A DNA stretch of 63,875 bases, the filler included, from Octopus bimaculoides (taxonomy: Eukaryota), in assembly GCF_001194135.2 (NCBI RefSeq). It is 6 parts of 5 records of this genome, joined end to end, with 100 filler letters (N's around TTAATTAATTAA, not from the genome) between each part and the next. Parts side by side here need not be neighbours in the genome. Positions count along the whole stretch, not along the records: positions 39,434 to 56,034 come from NC_068982.1; 5 more parts are not named here. One strand, given 5' to 3'. Made by a program: the position numbers and the translations under genes. This document shows, piece by piece, positions 39,598-53,524 of the stretch. Below the pieces are notes generated by a model, which saw only the letters and a list, made by a program, of their open reading frames with translations, ran no database searches and was not told the DNA's origin. The first letter of the stretch is position 1. Each line of letters begins with the position of its first letter.

Positions 39598-40531
39598 CAT
39601 AAATGTGAATCTGTGTGTTTGTGTGTGTGTCTGTACCTGATCTACTTAGAAATAACAGAAGAGAATAAAGGAATTAGAACGATTTATAGAAATGTAATTC
39701 GTTATCAAAGTATCCCCCCCCCGCCCAATCTGTGGCTTCTCAAAGAGGGGAGTAAACTCCCGTATAATCGTAGGCTCACACCAACTGCCACCAATACCAC
39801 CTATGCTCTGAACTCTTCTTGTACAAACATATGTATTTAGGAAACACACGCATACACTCGTGTGTATGTGTGTAATCGTGTATCGATATTTTTTCAGTTC
39901 AGGTATTATTCAAACCAGTGAGTCAAGAATATGTTCTGTATACTAAAAAGAAACCACAAGTACTATATAAGTACAGTTGGATCCAGTATCATTTTTAAAA
40001 AATTGTATTGAATTCTCGTTTTCTCATTTTTTTTTTTTTTTTGCATGTCTTGAGAAACGAACGTGAGAAGTAATCTATCAGCTCACGTCTTGAGTTCAAA
40101 ATCCGGCGATGGCTGGACGTGAAAAAGACGCTTTATGAGTTTCAATTGAATGTAGTAAGGAATGTCAGTTGGGATATTCATACATGTGTCTTATGTGAGA
40201 ATCTTGTGGAGTAAGCGTAGCTTAATAGCCGTTTTTAGATGTTGTGAATGGTTGAATTTTATCTTCCACCTCTACAACAAAACATGCTTTCTTTATCAAA
40301 ATTTGAGCAATCAAATAATTAAGTATTTGATTAATTTAGTTAACGTTTTTAGCTTTCATTTCCCTTTGTTCAGTTTATAAACCACAGCACCTAATTTAGA
40401 AAACCTCTCAGCTAGCTAGTGTTACAGCATCCCAATGCGTTTTTATCTTAGTAGAATCTGGAATATATATTTTTTATTTGTTTTGGTTTTGTTCTTGTTT
40501 ATCGTCATCACATCGCCTTTTTTCATCTCAC

Positions 40532-40604
40532 CACCACCGACAGCAGCATATTCGATGAGGTCTTGAATGAAATGAGCTTCTTGCGAGAACACACACACTG
40601 CCAT
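40532..40604 (-). CDS. Candidate first coding exon (MAVCVFSQEAHFIQDLIEYAAVGG), unidentified
   Basis: gcATGG context, G|GTGAGA donor, preceded by a GA-rich, CpG-containing leader (40605-40970). Upstream ATGs are present. Confidence 0.3.
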
Positions 40605-41513
40605 GCAGAGAGATGCGTGTGTGTCAATATTTATGTTTTCTCTTCACTGTTTCTTGGGTTCCTTCCATTTATCACAGCGAAATTACTTCTATCTCTCTCA
40701 GTGCCAACCAATCTCCCTGCTTAGCTCGCCTCTTACATACTCTTTCGTCTACACCTGTTAGCTTCTAACTTTCGTCTTCCACAGATTTACCTCCTGTTTC
40801 ATATGTCACTCCGACTCTCTCTCTCGCACACACACCTTCGGTTCTGCCTTCCCTCTAAATATATATCTCTCTCTCTCTCACGTTTCCCCTTGTCTTCTCT
40901 CCCTTCCTCCCTTCTCAACATGGTTACTTTCTCTTTGTTTAGTCGCCGCCGCACAACTTCGATGACTAAGGAATTACAAATATTTTTTTACTCAGCGTAT
41001 GGATGGATCTATATCGTTAGAAATATTTTAAAAGATAGATAAAATTGGTGTAATATGTCAAATAAATTTTGTATTATAAATCGTTAAGGTATTGATTTGA
41101 TTTTATGGCATGTATTTTAAAAGGGAGAAATAAAAACAAATTTTCTTATTTATTTTCATTTTATTTTCAAAATAGAAATCGATTTGTTTATTTTCACCTG
41201 AATTTATAACCAAGTCTAAACTTCCGTTGTTGACCTTTTTATTTATTATTTTTTTTCTAGTGCCAAGTCGAATAACAAACCATCAAAAAAACAAAACAAA
41301 ACAAAAAGACAACTAAGTTGTCCGCTTTTGACATACTTCTTGTATTATTCCCTTATTTATTCTATCCCTGGCAACTGTCCAACATCCAGAGACAAAGTTA
41401 CCAGTAGCTACATACCCTTACACTTTGGAAGAAGAAAAGGAATAAAAAAGCACAGAATGTAAAATACAACAAAACAACCTAAACACCCTTCACCATCTCT
41501 CTCACCCAGGGTA

Positions 41514-41550
<37 letters not shown>

Positions 41551-41824
41551 TTGACATTTTATTTATATCCAATTAATACATACCTCTAGCTTTGGGTAGG
41601 GGTGACCTTATTTCCGTTATTAAATAGAAAAATATCTGTATACTACACACACACTGAGTTTCACAAACAGCGATTTGAGCATTTTTACTCCTTTGTCCAA
41701 CTATACTAGTACTTAATGAATTTGTATATAGTCTGTTTACAAGTTAAGTAACGAAGATTAACACTTCATACCTAGTGAACGCCATTTCCGTCTGCATTAA
41801 ATAAAATTCCTATGTATGTATATT

Positions 41825-41895
<71 letters not shown>

Positions 41896-42712
41896 NNNNN
41901 NNNNNNNNNNNNNNNNNNNNNNNNNNNNNNNNNNNNNNNNNNNNNNNNNNNNNNNNNNNNNNNNNNNNNNNNNNNNNNNNNNNNNNNNNNNNNNNNNNNN
42001 NNNNNNNNNNNNNNNNNNNNNNNNNNNNNNNNNNNNNNNNNNNNNNNNNNNNNNNNNNNNNNNNNNNNNNNNNNNNNNNNNNNNNNNNNNNNNNNNNNNN
42101 NNNNNNNNNNNNNNNNNNNNNNNNNNNNNNNNNNNNNNNNNNNNNNNNNNNNNNNNNNNNNNNNNNNNNNNNNNNNNNNNNNNNNNNNNNNNNNNNNNNN
42201 NNNNNNNNNNNNNNNNNNNNNNNNNNNNNNNNNNNNNNNNNNNNNNNNNNNNNNNNNNNNNNNNNNNNNNNNNNNNNNNNNNNNNNNNNNNNNNNNNNNN
42301 NNNNNNNNNNNNNNNNNNNNNNNNNNNNNNNNNNNNNNNNNNNNNNNNNNNNNNNNNNNNNNNNNNNNNNNNNNNNNNNNNNNNNNNNNNNNNNNNNNNN
42401 NNNNNNNNNNNNNNNNNNNNNNNNNNNNNNNNNNNNNNNNNNNNNNNNNNNNNNNNNNNNNNNNNNNNNNNNNNNNNNNNNNNNNNTATATATATATATA
42501 TGGTTATATATATTGCGTGCGTATATATATGTATAGAATTGTGTGTATATATATGTGTGTGTATACATATATGCGTGTATATATATATATGGTTATATAT
42601 ATGTGTGTGTGTATATATATATATATATATGTATATGTATATATATATATATGTATACATATATATATTTGTATAGATATATGTATATGTATATATATAT
42701 ATATTTGTATAG

Positions 42713-42744
<32 letters not shown>

Positions 42745-43492
42745 GTATATGTATATATATATATATTTGTATAGATATATACATATATGTATATATATGT
42801 GTTCATATGTATATATATGTATATATATATATGCATATGTGTGTGTATATATATATATGCATCTATATATGTGTGTATATNNNNNNNNNNNNNNNNNNNN
42901 NNNNNNNNNNNNNNNNNNNNNNNNNNNNNNNNNNNNNNNNNNNNNNNNNNNNNNNNNNNNNNNNNNNNNNNNNNNNNNNNNNNNNNNNNNNNNNNNNNNN
43001 NNNNNNNNNNNNNNNNNNNNNNNNNNNNNNNNNNNNNNNNNNNNNNNNNNNNNNNNNNNNNNNNNNNNNNNNNNNNNNNNNNNNNNNNNNNNNNNNNNNN
43101 NNNNNNNNNNNNNNNNNNNNNNNNNNNNNNNNNNNNNNNNNNNNNNNNNNNNNNNNNNNNNNNNNNNNNNNNNNNNNNNNNNNNNNNNNNNNNNNNNNNN
43201 NNNNNNNNNNNNNNNNNNNNNNNNNNNNNNNNNNNNNNNNNNNNNNNNNNNNNNNNNNNNNNNNNNNNNNNNNNNNNNNNNNNNNNNNNNNNNNNNNNNN
43301 NNNNNNNNNNNNNNNNNNNNNNNNNNNNNNNNNNNNNNNNNNNNNNNNNNNNNNNNNNNNNNNNNNNNNNNNNNNNNNNNNNNNNNNNNNNNNNNNNNNN
43401 NNNNNNNNNNNNNNNNNNNNNNNNNNNNNNNNNNNNNNNNNNNNNNNNNNNNNNNNNNNNNNNNNNNNNNNNNNNNNNNNNNNNNNNNNNNN

Positions 43493-43536
<44 letters not shown>

Positions 43537-43679
43537 TATATATATGGATATATATATATACGTATATATATATATATATATATGTGAATGTGTATATATA
43601 TACATGTATATATTTGTATATATATGTGAATGTGTATGTATATATATATATATATATTTACCGCAGATATGTATATATA

Positions 43680-44460
43680 TGATGTCAGTGCAGCAGTTCT
43701 CTTATCTTGGTTGTACCATTTTATGAGATGCTAGTATTGACACAGAAATTGACAAAAAACTTGCAAAGCAAACAAAGCATTTGACAGACTGCACAAGCAT
43801 GTATGTAATATTAGTCATTTTAATATCAGCACAAAAGTCAATCTACAAGGCTGTCATCCTCACTATGCTCCTATACAGTTCTGAGTCCTGGGTCCCCTAT
43901 CGCTGTCACCTCAGGCTCTTATGTTTTCACCAACACTACCTTCATACCATCCTCAATGTCTACTGGAGCGACTACATCACCAACGCTGAGGTCCTCAAGT
44001 AAGCAAGCGTCACTTGCCTGGAAGCCATTATACTTGCGAGGCAACTACTTTGAGCAGGACACATTGACAGTATGAAAGACCATCCTTTACCCAAGATCAT
44101 CATGTATGGTGAGCTCACCACTGGCCACTGCAACAGGGGTGTCACCAAAAAAGCGTTACAAGGACTGCCTGTAACAGTCCCTTAGCATTTGTGACATCGG
44201 TTATCGTGCGTGGTCCACTCTAACAGCTGATCGTACTGTTTGGCACCATACCATCAGCGATGCTGTTTCCTTCTTTGAGATCTCTTGCAGTGCCTCTCCT
44301 AAAGATAAACGTCAGAACCCCAAAAATAGTGCAGCTGTATCATCAAACCCTGGGACAATTCTGCCTCTGTCATCATTACAATCGGATATGTTGATCCCAC
44401 AGCGGCCTTATCAGCATGAAACCAGTGTGCAGAAGACCTTCCTAATCTTTGTTAGCAAAG
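43680..44460 (+). mobile_element. RTE-clade LINE 3' remnant
   Basis: FSYLG...IYKAVILTMLLYSSESW...FHQ..L.TILNVYWSDYITNAEVL...AGHIDSMKDHPLPKIIMYGEL...PKKRYKDCL, with stops and frameshifts. Confidence 0.9.
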
Positions 44461-44524
44461 CCTAGCCAAGATATGTGTGTGTGTGTGCATGTGTATAAAA
44501 CAACAGTGACATTGTCCTTCATAG

Positions 44525-44792
44525 CAGGGGTTTTCAAACTGTGGTCCGCAAGGTCAAGACAGGGACAGCAAATATTTTTTATGGGCAATTTGATTTTATA
44601 TGTTTCTTAACCAAAATCTTTTAATTGACAATAAACCTATTTGTTAAATACTGTTAAATAAATAAATGTAAAAATATATGTTATTTTAAGCAAATATTTA
44701 TGTATAAATTTCATAAGCATTTATAAGGGGTTCCCTAAGGTAAAACCTGAAATATAAAGTGGTCCGCAAGTCAAAAAGTTTGAAAACCCCTG
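44525..44792. mobile_element. hAT (Charlie-like) MITE
   Basis: Perfect 16-bp TIR caggggttttcaaact / agtttgaaaacccctg. 8-bp TSD cttcatag / ctttatag. Confidence 0.93.
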
Positions 44793-46219
44793 CTTTATAG
44801 GGCTGCTACATTCTGTTGGCCAATAATCTTTACTATTCGGTACTGTTACTGTATATCCCTTGCTCAGAGATTTAAAACAAGTTGTTTTTCTTTATACGAG
44901 ATCAGCGACTCTGTGTCACTTAAAGAATATATAGTATTTGCAAGTGGAGAGAACTTTCATCACTAGCTGGTGATGGTCTCACACTGAAGACAAGTAACCA
45001 CCCAGAAACCTAGCTCTGTGAGTATCACGTAAGGCTAGAGATGGGAGTGATGACCTCCTTTGCAAATGCTATATGGACACAAATTGTGTGTCAATAGCCA
45101 GCTGGAAAAAATGTTTTCCTGGGCTAAAACAACAGTAACATCGTCCTTTATAAGACTGTCATGTTCTGTTGGCAAATAAATTTTACTATATATATATGAA
45201 CAGTGAGGATCTACTGTCTGTCCTTATTTCTTTAACATACATCACAAGAGAGAGATTTAACACTGTTACAACAGTGAATTATATTCCCTAAATACTTATC
45301 CAACTATGGAATATATTTTCATTTTGTAAAATTATAAAACTTTAATGAATTATAAAAGATTATTTTCCTTACATTAGATCTTTTTATTTATTCATTTTAC
45401 TTTAATAATGTTAGGTATCTTTATAATTAATCACAAGGAAATGACAGAATTTTCAGACAACAAAGAAGTAAAATAGTTTGCTTATGTTAGTGTTACATGA
45501 GACATGCTATTTGTATGTGTATGCTAAATGGTCAAGTTGGCTATTCTATTGCATGTTAATTATTGAGAAATTACTCTTCAAATTAGTTTGTTTGTTAGTT
45601 GGTTGAAGAATCAGAAGTATATTCATTGACTGGCACTATTATTCTTACTGTAATAGTACATGCTGTTTTAGATAGATTATATAATAAAAATAATAACACC
45701 AATTTGAAATGAAACTATTTATAAAAACTTTGAAAGTTTATAATGCTTGCAATTTTATGAAGATGCTCTGTTGATTTTAGGATTAATATATTCAGCAAAT
45801 GGAAGGAAAACTAATGAATATTGTTTAGTTAAGTTATTATAAAAACCTGATAAAAGGCCTTACTATTTTTAGTACACTGACACCTCAGCTATTTAATACT
45901 GTGAAGGTCATCTACACAAGAACTGACTGGACAATGAACAGTGAGTGTAACAATAGAAAAACTGAGGCGCTTAGTGTTGCTACTAAAACTTACTGTGTTG
46001 ATTGTTGTAGTGACAGATCACCAAAGAATGCAACCAATGATGAAGTAACTTCCTGTCCTGGAGAATATGCAACTGCCATCTGATTATTACTATAAAATCA
46101 TGAGAGTCCTTATTTACATATATATTCTTTTGTTCTTTTATATGTTTCAGCTCTAAGGCTGTGGCCATGCTGGAGCACTGCTATTGAGGAATTACAGATG
46201 TATATAACACCTAGCTGAT

Positions 46220-46324
46220 GTTTATAGCACCCAAGCAGTCACCTATCTAAGTACTAACTAGGCTCAATGTTGCTTAACTTTGGTAATCAGACAAGAACCA
46301 ATGTTTTCTATGAGATATATCCGT
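46220..46324 (-). pseudogene. 5S rRNA pseudogene, CpG-decayed, with a small 3' deletion
   Basis: Minus strand tacgg...gaaaacattggttcttgtctgattaccaaagttaagcaacattgagcctagttagtacttagataggtgactgcttggg follows the metazoan 5S sequence with CG>TG/CA changes. Confidence 0.88.
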
Positions 46325-46839
46325 AATATATACATTATATGTATATATGTTTTTTTACACCATATTTTCCATGTCATCTTCACTAGAATGATGTGCGTTC
46401 ACAGGTTTGATGCCTTTCCTACAACTAACTGCTCAGCTATAAGCTAGTTAGCCCTACAAAGCCAAGGGCACTTCCCTTCTTCTCCGGAGAAGAAACTGTT
46501 TTATATATGTCAGGTTGTCCTGTACCTTAACACTTTAATCACTGCACCTTTACATTTAGCTTATGAACCTTGATTTGTTAGAGAGACAAGTCAATATTAA
46601 TTTACCCAGGAATTTAGACTGACAGTAATTGTATAAGATGAATAATAGATGAAGATAGGAAGACAGTTTCCCAACCTATAGAACCCATAGAAGTAAAATG
46701 AAGTGAAATTGCACATCAAATCAGTGATATTCATTTTAAATACTCTTGTTAACTCAGTTAAGCAAGTTGTAAATAGATACATTAAGTACAGCTGTTTAGT
46801 GTCAAGAGTTGGAGCACTATATAACTGATAGGTATTTAC

Positions 46840-46875
46840 CTAGCTGACGGTGTTATAGTCATGTGTTCAGCTGAC
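46840..46875 (-). CDS. Candidate 36-nt exon (SAEHMTITPSA), unidentified
   Basis: Strong acceptor ttttcattgctttcttcAG and TAG|GTAAAT donor inside the CpG-depleted domain. Confidence 0.2.
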
Positions 46876-48184
46876 CTGAAGAAAGCAATGAAAATTTGTA
46901 CCAGTCACTCAACTTCTGCCCAGTACCCACAAATTGTGTTGCTTAACTTTTCAGTTTGAGACAAGCCCTACTTTTCATTATGAATTTAATGTGAAGGTTG
47001 GCATAAGCAATCTATTCCATAATAAAATCAGGCCAAACAGCTATGTGGAATCTTGCACATCTTTATGACTAGAAGAAATATTTTGATATCAATAAGAAAG
47101 GAATATTTAATTTGTCAGAATACTTTATTAATGATAATATTCATTAAAGAGTATTATGGCAGTTGACTTTGAAATTTCAGAGTTCACTTTAATAAAAAAG
47201 ATGTTGCAACAGAGATTGAGACTTAGTTATATGTTCAATTCTCATTTGAATCAACCAGCAATTTCATCCAGTTGGGGATGCAACTATGTAACTCATGATA
47301 ATATAGTATGTATTGACATAAAAGATACTGATAGAATTTAAAATGCTAGGCAAGATTTTGTTAGTGCTAATTTCAAGGTCCATTAGATGTTATAGTTTTG
47401 CTACTATTTTACTTCCAGTTCACTGCAAAGGAAATTGCAAACTACCAACTGTGATCTTATCACTCTTCTCAAATATTAGTGTTTGCTATTAGTTGCTGCT
47501 CAACATTGAGCCAGTTTTGAAAAAGACTGTTTAATAACTTTTCTTCATTAAATCTTTCATAATATTTATTCAATAACTTGTTCTAATTTACTGACTTGCT
47601 ATCTTGTTGACACAATCAGCCTGGCAGGACCAAGTCAGTGGGGGAATTAAAGAGAACAGGACAAGTGAAACGGAAAACAAGAGATGTGATAATCTAGTTG
47701 AATAATTATGGTATGAGTCTTTGTTATATGAATTCGAACCCACCCCTGCTTCATTTTTTGAGTCAATGAATTTTTAACTTTGCTGTCTCTCTGGTCTGGA
47801 TAGCTGTTTATCACATTAGTACGAAACTTCAAAGATGTCTTGTTCCTTTGGCAAACAATCAATATTCATATTTCATAATTAACTTGATAACAACAACCAT
47901 TTTAATTAACATGGGACACTTTCCTTCAGATTAACTATTCATTCATTTTTACTTTCTACATTTGCTTTTTCTATGTTAGCATGAGTTAGATAAGTATATT
48001 ATTTAGGTACTGCTCTGCAAACTGGATCCCATTCCTAGCACAAACCCTTACCTGTTTTTCAAGTAAGGAACCTCTTATTCCACATGTCTTTAAAGGTACA
48101 AAGTCAATGGTTGATTGTTGACAGGAGACCACAATGTCACCACTTGTAGCTCAATGACTTTCAGAGAAGTACAAACATAAGCAA

Positions 48185-48345
48185 GCACACACATTCTAAG
48201 CTTCTTACCAAATCCACTTACTAGGTTTTAGTCATTTCAGGCCTATAGTAGAAGACTACTACCCAAGGTGTTGTGCAGAAGGACTAATCCTGAAACCATG
48301 GGGCTGTAAAGCAAACTTCTTAACCACACAGCTACACCTGTGTTA
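48185..48345 (-). mobile_element. Family B SINE head, CpG-depleted
   Basis: tatagtagaagac...cccaagg...accacacagctacacc. Confidence 0.75.
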
Positions 48346-48504
48346 AAACTAACAAACGCTATATACAAATTTCCTTTGCTCTTTTGGTTTGTCAGAATGT
48401 GAAATTTTTGGTAAAGAAACTGTAGCCTATCACTGAAGTATAAAATACTGAAAACCTTTAAGGAAACATAGTTGAATGTTGTTTGATCAATTATCAAAGT
48501 AAAG

Positions 48505-48750
48505 CATGCACAAGGCCAGCAATTTTGGGAGAGGGGGTAAGTCAATTAGATTGACCCCCAGTAGTCAACTAGTGCTTATTTCATTGACCCTGAAAGGATA
48601 TCAAAAGGATGAAAGGTAAAGGTAACTGATATCAAAAGGATGAAAGGTAAACTCAACCTCAGCAGAATTTGAACTCAGAACGTAAAGAGAGACAAAATGC
48701 CACTAAGCATTTTGTTCGATGCAGCAACAATTCTACCAGCTCACCACCTA
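48505..48750 (-). mobile_element. Family C SINE, CpG-depleted, with an internal duplication of gatatcaaaaggatgaaaggtaaa
   Basis: Homologous to the other family C copies. Confidence 0.85.
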
Positions 48751-49199
48751 ACGGAGTTATATCAAAATTTAACTTGTAATGATTAAAATTGATTAATTGG
48801 TATATGCTTGGCTTGGTAACAAGTGCAGATAATTTAAAATTAATATTAACAAAAAGTTAATATCAGTAGCTTCTAAAATTGACAACACAACTGTTTCTAA
48901 AACACACTGATTTAGAGAATATATTTTTATTGCTATTATCAGAATTTGACTGGTATTTATTTTGTTTTATTATAAACTTTCAATTTACTTAAGACCTGTT
49001 TACCTTATCCCTCAATCTGCTTTCACTGTACTGGAAAAGACTATGAAAACTCAAAGCAATGATCTCAACTCTGTTGTGATCAAACAAAGTGAAACATTTT
49101 ATGTTTAAGAAGCATAGTATATCTCAGCATATTAAGCAGAGAACTTTCCAATGGTAACATCAAATCTGTCTTGACATTAGTTATCCAGAAATTGCGAGC

Positions 49200-49420
49200 A
49201 ACAAAGACTTCTTTGCCAAACCACGTGGGAACTCATCAACCAAGAGGTGAGACAAAAACGGAGCTGAGTAGATCATATGTCAAGAAGACTAGAGAGAGGA
49301 TTACCGAGGTACACTTTCAATTAAACACCAGAGGAATTAAGGAGGGTAGGATGCCTGAGAATCACCTGGTGGAGACTGGTAGAAGAGGAACTGAAGAAGA
49401 GGAGTCTATGTTCCAAAAGA
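49200..49420 (+). mobile_element. RTE-like LINE C-terminal remnant
   Basis: DHMSRRLERGLPR...TPEELRRVGCLRITWWRLVEEELKK resembles the GH..R...P....W.P.GKR.RGRPR.TW motif. Confidence 0.6.
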
Positions 49421-52400
49421 AATATCAATGAGTCATAATGGTGAGGAAAGGCATGTTAGAATTATTAGATAACATGTATTGTGTAGTGTTTAACATAATG
49501 CTATGTCAATGGAGTAGGGTTTAGTTCTTGAAAGTAAGTTATGTTAAAGTCAAATTATGATTGGGAACAAAATAAGTGGTTTGGTGGAGGTGGTATATTT
49601 ATTGCAAGAATCACAGCAATAATAATCATCATCATTCATCATTCGTTAAGAAATATAATGAACATTTAGGTTTTGAATGGTTGTTAAATTCCACTGATGT
49701 TAGGAAATAAAACTATATCTCTATACGTTTGTAATGATGAATCAGCTTAATTTTGTGAAATGCTCTTGTCAAAGATATTGAAACTATTTTCATTTATAGT
49801 GTAAATCATTGATAAAGAACACCAGCCTACTTTATTTAGTTATCCAGTATTTAGTACTTGTTAATACAGATTCTTAATAATTTTCTCTTTATCACATATT
49901 TGAAAAACACTTTCTTTATGATAGCTCTCAGGATGTTTTCATGCTCATAGTTGACACTTTCTGCATTCTTACATAGGAGTTACACACTTTGTGTGTTTTA
50001 ATGGGGGAAATGAGACTTCTGACTTTTCATTTAGTGAAATTATCTCCTGTTATTTTCTTGGAAACTAACTCACCAATTAATCAAAACTCTACTGAAGTGT
50101 GAAATACTGATATTTTATTTTGTATTGGAACCTACATTTATTGTTAATTTAGGCTCAAAAAAAAAAAAATCAACAATGGCCTGTTGTAGATCAACTTCAA
50201 TTTTCAATCCTATCTATCTGTAAGTTCTATTTTACTACTTTTAATATGTCAATCTAACTTTGTATACTTCTCAAACTATAGTAATTGATTTCTAGGAAGA
50301 TTCATTCTTTAATTAATAATCTAGTTAAAAAGAGATTTTTTTGTTTTTTTATTGTAAGAACACTTTTTTTTCTTCTTTTTTTGCATTTATTAACAAACTG
50401 CTTTTCTGAAAAACTTGTCTGTTTCTTTTATATTTAGAGGTTAAATAATGCACTGATGTTTACTCTGTAATATTGAATCTCATCAGCATTTCTGCATATC
50501 CAACACTATTAGTAACTTTGATCAAATGCCTTATTGCAGATTAAAGCCATTTCTTTGGAGGAAATTCTTAAAGAAATGCTTGAATTGAGTTGAAAAAGAA
50601 AATTTTTCTTTCTTTTTTTTTCTTTTTTCATTAATGTTTGTTAATTTTAGAAATTCTCTAAGGAAGGGATTACTTAAAAATTAAGCTTCCTTTTTGTCTC
50701 AGAAGTAAATGTCAGCAGGTGTACAATTGCAGTTGGGTATTATATTCATCAGAACAATTACAATTTTCAACTAAATCTTGGCAAAAACTAAAAATTTCGA
50801 AAATTACTATCAAATAATAATTGAAAGTTTGGTTTCAAAAGTATGTTCTTGTGTTTAATTTAAAAATTTAAAGTAAATTTAACCACCCAAACTTCTTTGG
50901 TTGGTCTTAAATCACTTTTAAGTTTACTGTGATAACATGTGGACAAATGTATAGACTTCAACTTAACTATTAACTACACCAATGGTTACATTTAAATTAT
51001 TTTAGTCCTTCTTACTATAGTTTTATACATTTCTCACCAAAAGAGTTTTATCATATTAAATACTTCAGTGTAACTTTGTATACCTAGCCAGGTTAACAAA
51101 ATGGTTTCAAATAAGATTAATGTTTCAATTAATAATTTGGTTAACAAATTTTGTTATTGAACAAAATTATTTATTTATACCTATGTCATGCTTTGTGTGA
51201 TATAATTAATTTTGGTTCCATTTTGTCAGTGCAACAGCACATTTTGTACATCATTGAATGCATATAAGGCATACACAATTAGATAAAAGTGCTTGTAGTA
51301 TAGCTATAAAAGGTCTTAGGAGTTAGTTTTTAAGTAAGAACCAAAATCACAACAGTTGAAGATGTGTTCTCAAAACGTTAGGCTTTTAACCCAAGACAGC
51401 TTTCACTGCTAATTTAGACTAAGTATGTTTGTTCCCACTAAATTGATAATGTCATCTACTGTATGGTGTATTACATAATTAATTATTGTTCATACTTGTT
51501 TCAACCTGTTCCAACATTTCAGAGATAAAGCAGCAGCTTCATTTGTAGATGTTCTTGTCACAAAAATATGGTACATCAAGAAACATAAATGTTAGTTATT
51601 ATTAATGACTTGAGTGAAATTGGACTCAAACCAAACAGTAAATAGCAAATTGGAGAAAAAATTATTGTTATTAAGCAAAACTCTGGACAACACAGTTTAT
51701 GTTAGAAACTAACAAACTATATGATGATTTAACTTTGATACTATTAACATACCATTTCTATTACATAAGACTTTCTCCTGAATGTCAAACAACTCTTCTT
51801 ACTGTTTACTTTCAATTACATATTTCTTTTTCTTTCTTTTCTCTCTCTCTATTTTTTTCTTCTGGAATAAAAACTGTCTTCCTTGTTTATAAAACATATA
51901 TGGTTACAAAATAGATATTTGTTATTTGCTTACAACAAAATAAAATTTTATTGCCATTTGTGTTGGTGCTATAGAATTTCCATCTATGATGATGATGGTG
52001 ATACTGATAATGATGATGATGTATTCTGAAACTTCCAGAATTTATTTTCAAATATGTTGAGAACAATATCAACACTCAGAAATGCTTTTAGTGTATCGCC
52101 ATTCAATATTAACCATTTTGTGTGGATGTTATTTAAGATTGCCATAAATAAAGTGTTCTTCATTAGTGAAAACTATTTCTTAAATAAGTTTTTTTTTTCT
52201 TTTTTTTATGTTAAAAGATGCTACTGTGAAACTTAGGATTAGATATTTTCTATTGTCATAAAGTTATTCATTTTTCCACTTCTTAGTAACACAATCTGTA
52301 AACAAACAAAAGAGAAAGACTTCTTATTACATTTAATACACCATCTGGTTGCACAGCCCTCTCTGACCTTTGGCTACCTTTAGTGATGTAACTCTGTTGC

Positions 52401-52714
52401 AAGCATTCAAGCTAAATCTCCAGTTTCAGAATAACTTCTCTACTACAAGTCTCAGAAATCCTGAAAAGAGTCATAGATGCTGCCATTCCTCTCCTGACTA
52501 AAGCACTAAATAAAGATAGGTGTTTCTTGGTTTGCAACCAAATCTTCCTCATACCACATCTTGTCATCTTAAGGTTGGATACATTGAGCTCCAGTGTTTA
52601 CTTTAACATAGTTTCTACAGCTGAATTCCCTTCCTAATGGTAACCACTTTATGGCATGTACTGGGTGTTTTTTCTAATGTGAGGCTGCCATGCAATCCAC
52701 ATGACTAAGAACCC

Positions 52715-52938
52715 CTATTCTTTTTTTACGCTAGGCACATGGCCTGAAATTTTTTTTGGAGATGGGGAGCAGTCGATTAGATCGGCCCCAGTATGCAACT
52801 AGTACTTAATTTATCAACCCCGAAAGAATGAAAAGCAAAGTTGACCTCAGCAGAATTTGAACTCAGAATGTAAAGACAGACGAAATACTGCTAAGCATTT
52901 CGCCCAGTGTGATAACGTTTCTGCCAGCTCACTGCCTT
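52715..52938 (-). mobile_element. Family C SINE, partly CpG-depleted, TSD actaagaaccc(c)tatt
   Basis: Homology plus flanking direct repeat. Confidence 0.88.
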
Positions 52939-53311
52939 ACTAAGAACCCCTATTGACTGGGTGCAGCTACAGTAGAGTGGTATGAGGGGTTAAAGTGTGA
53001 TAGAAGGGGCCAGAATAGAATAGGTTTCTTGCAATAGATGATGAGCTACATAGCTGTTCACATTTTAGGAAAGAGAGTGGGAGTGAGCAGGGTGGAACTG
53101 GAAAGAAATAAGATAATGGTGATGAGATGTCTGGGTTGGGTGAACCCACAAGATACAGGTGAACAGAAGTGAGTAAGGATAGGAAAACAGGAAGTGTGGG
53201 TGTGTAGAGGTTACAGGAGTGTATTGGTAGGTGAGAGATGGTTTGGATGAGAGGGTGAATATAATAAAGAGCAAGTGTTAAGGGATGATAACTATAGAAG
53301 ATAGGGAAGGT

Positions 53312-53524
53312 AGGACCTTCTCCAAATCAGCAGAAGCCAGAAATAGTGGTTTGCTCCTTGCTAGATATTTCTCCTATAATTGCCTCATTTGAAAGGTTGC
53401 ATCCATGCTACCTTTTTCAAATGTGAAGCAAAGTTGCATTTCCTCTAGGTCTACTTTGTTACGGATCAATTGTATTCCAAAGCCTTCATAACCTGATCCA
53501 ATAGTTTGATTCCTATATAGCTAT
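53312..53524 (-). mobile_element. RTE reverse transcriptase fragment
   Basis: YIGIKLLDQVMKALE...IRNKVDLEEMQ...SMDATFQMRQL*EKYLARSKPLFLASADLEK. Confidence 0.85.

Noticed and set aside
45901-46083. Cys-containing ORF (..YCVDCCSD..) as a Ly6/three-finger protein
   Set aside because: Too few cysteines for the fold, and competing exon models exist on both strands.
47600-47780. Protein-like minus-strand frame EAGVGSNSY...CQADCVNK
   Set aside because: An in-frame stop lies just upstream and there is no credible acceptor or polypyrimidine tract.
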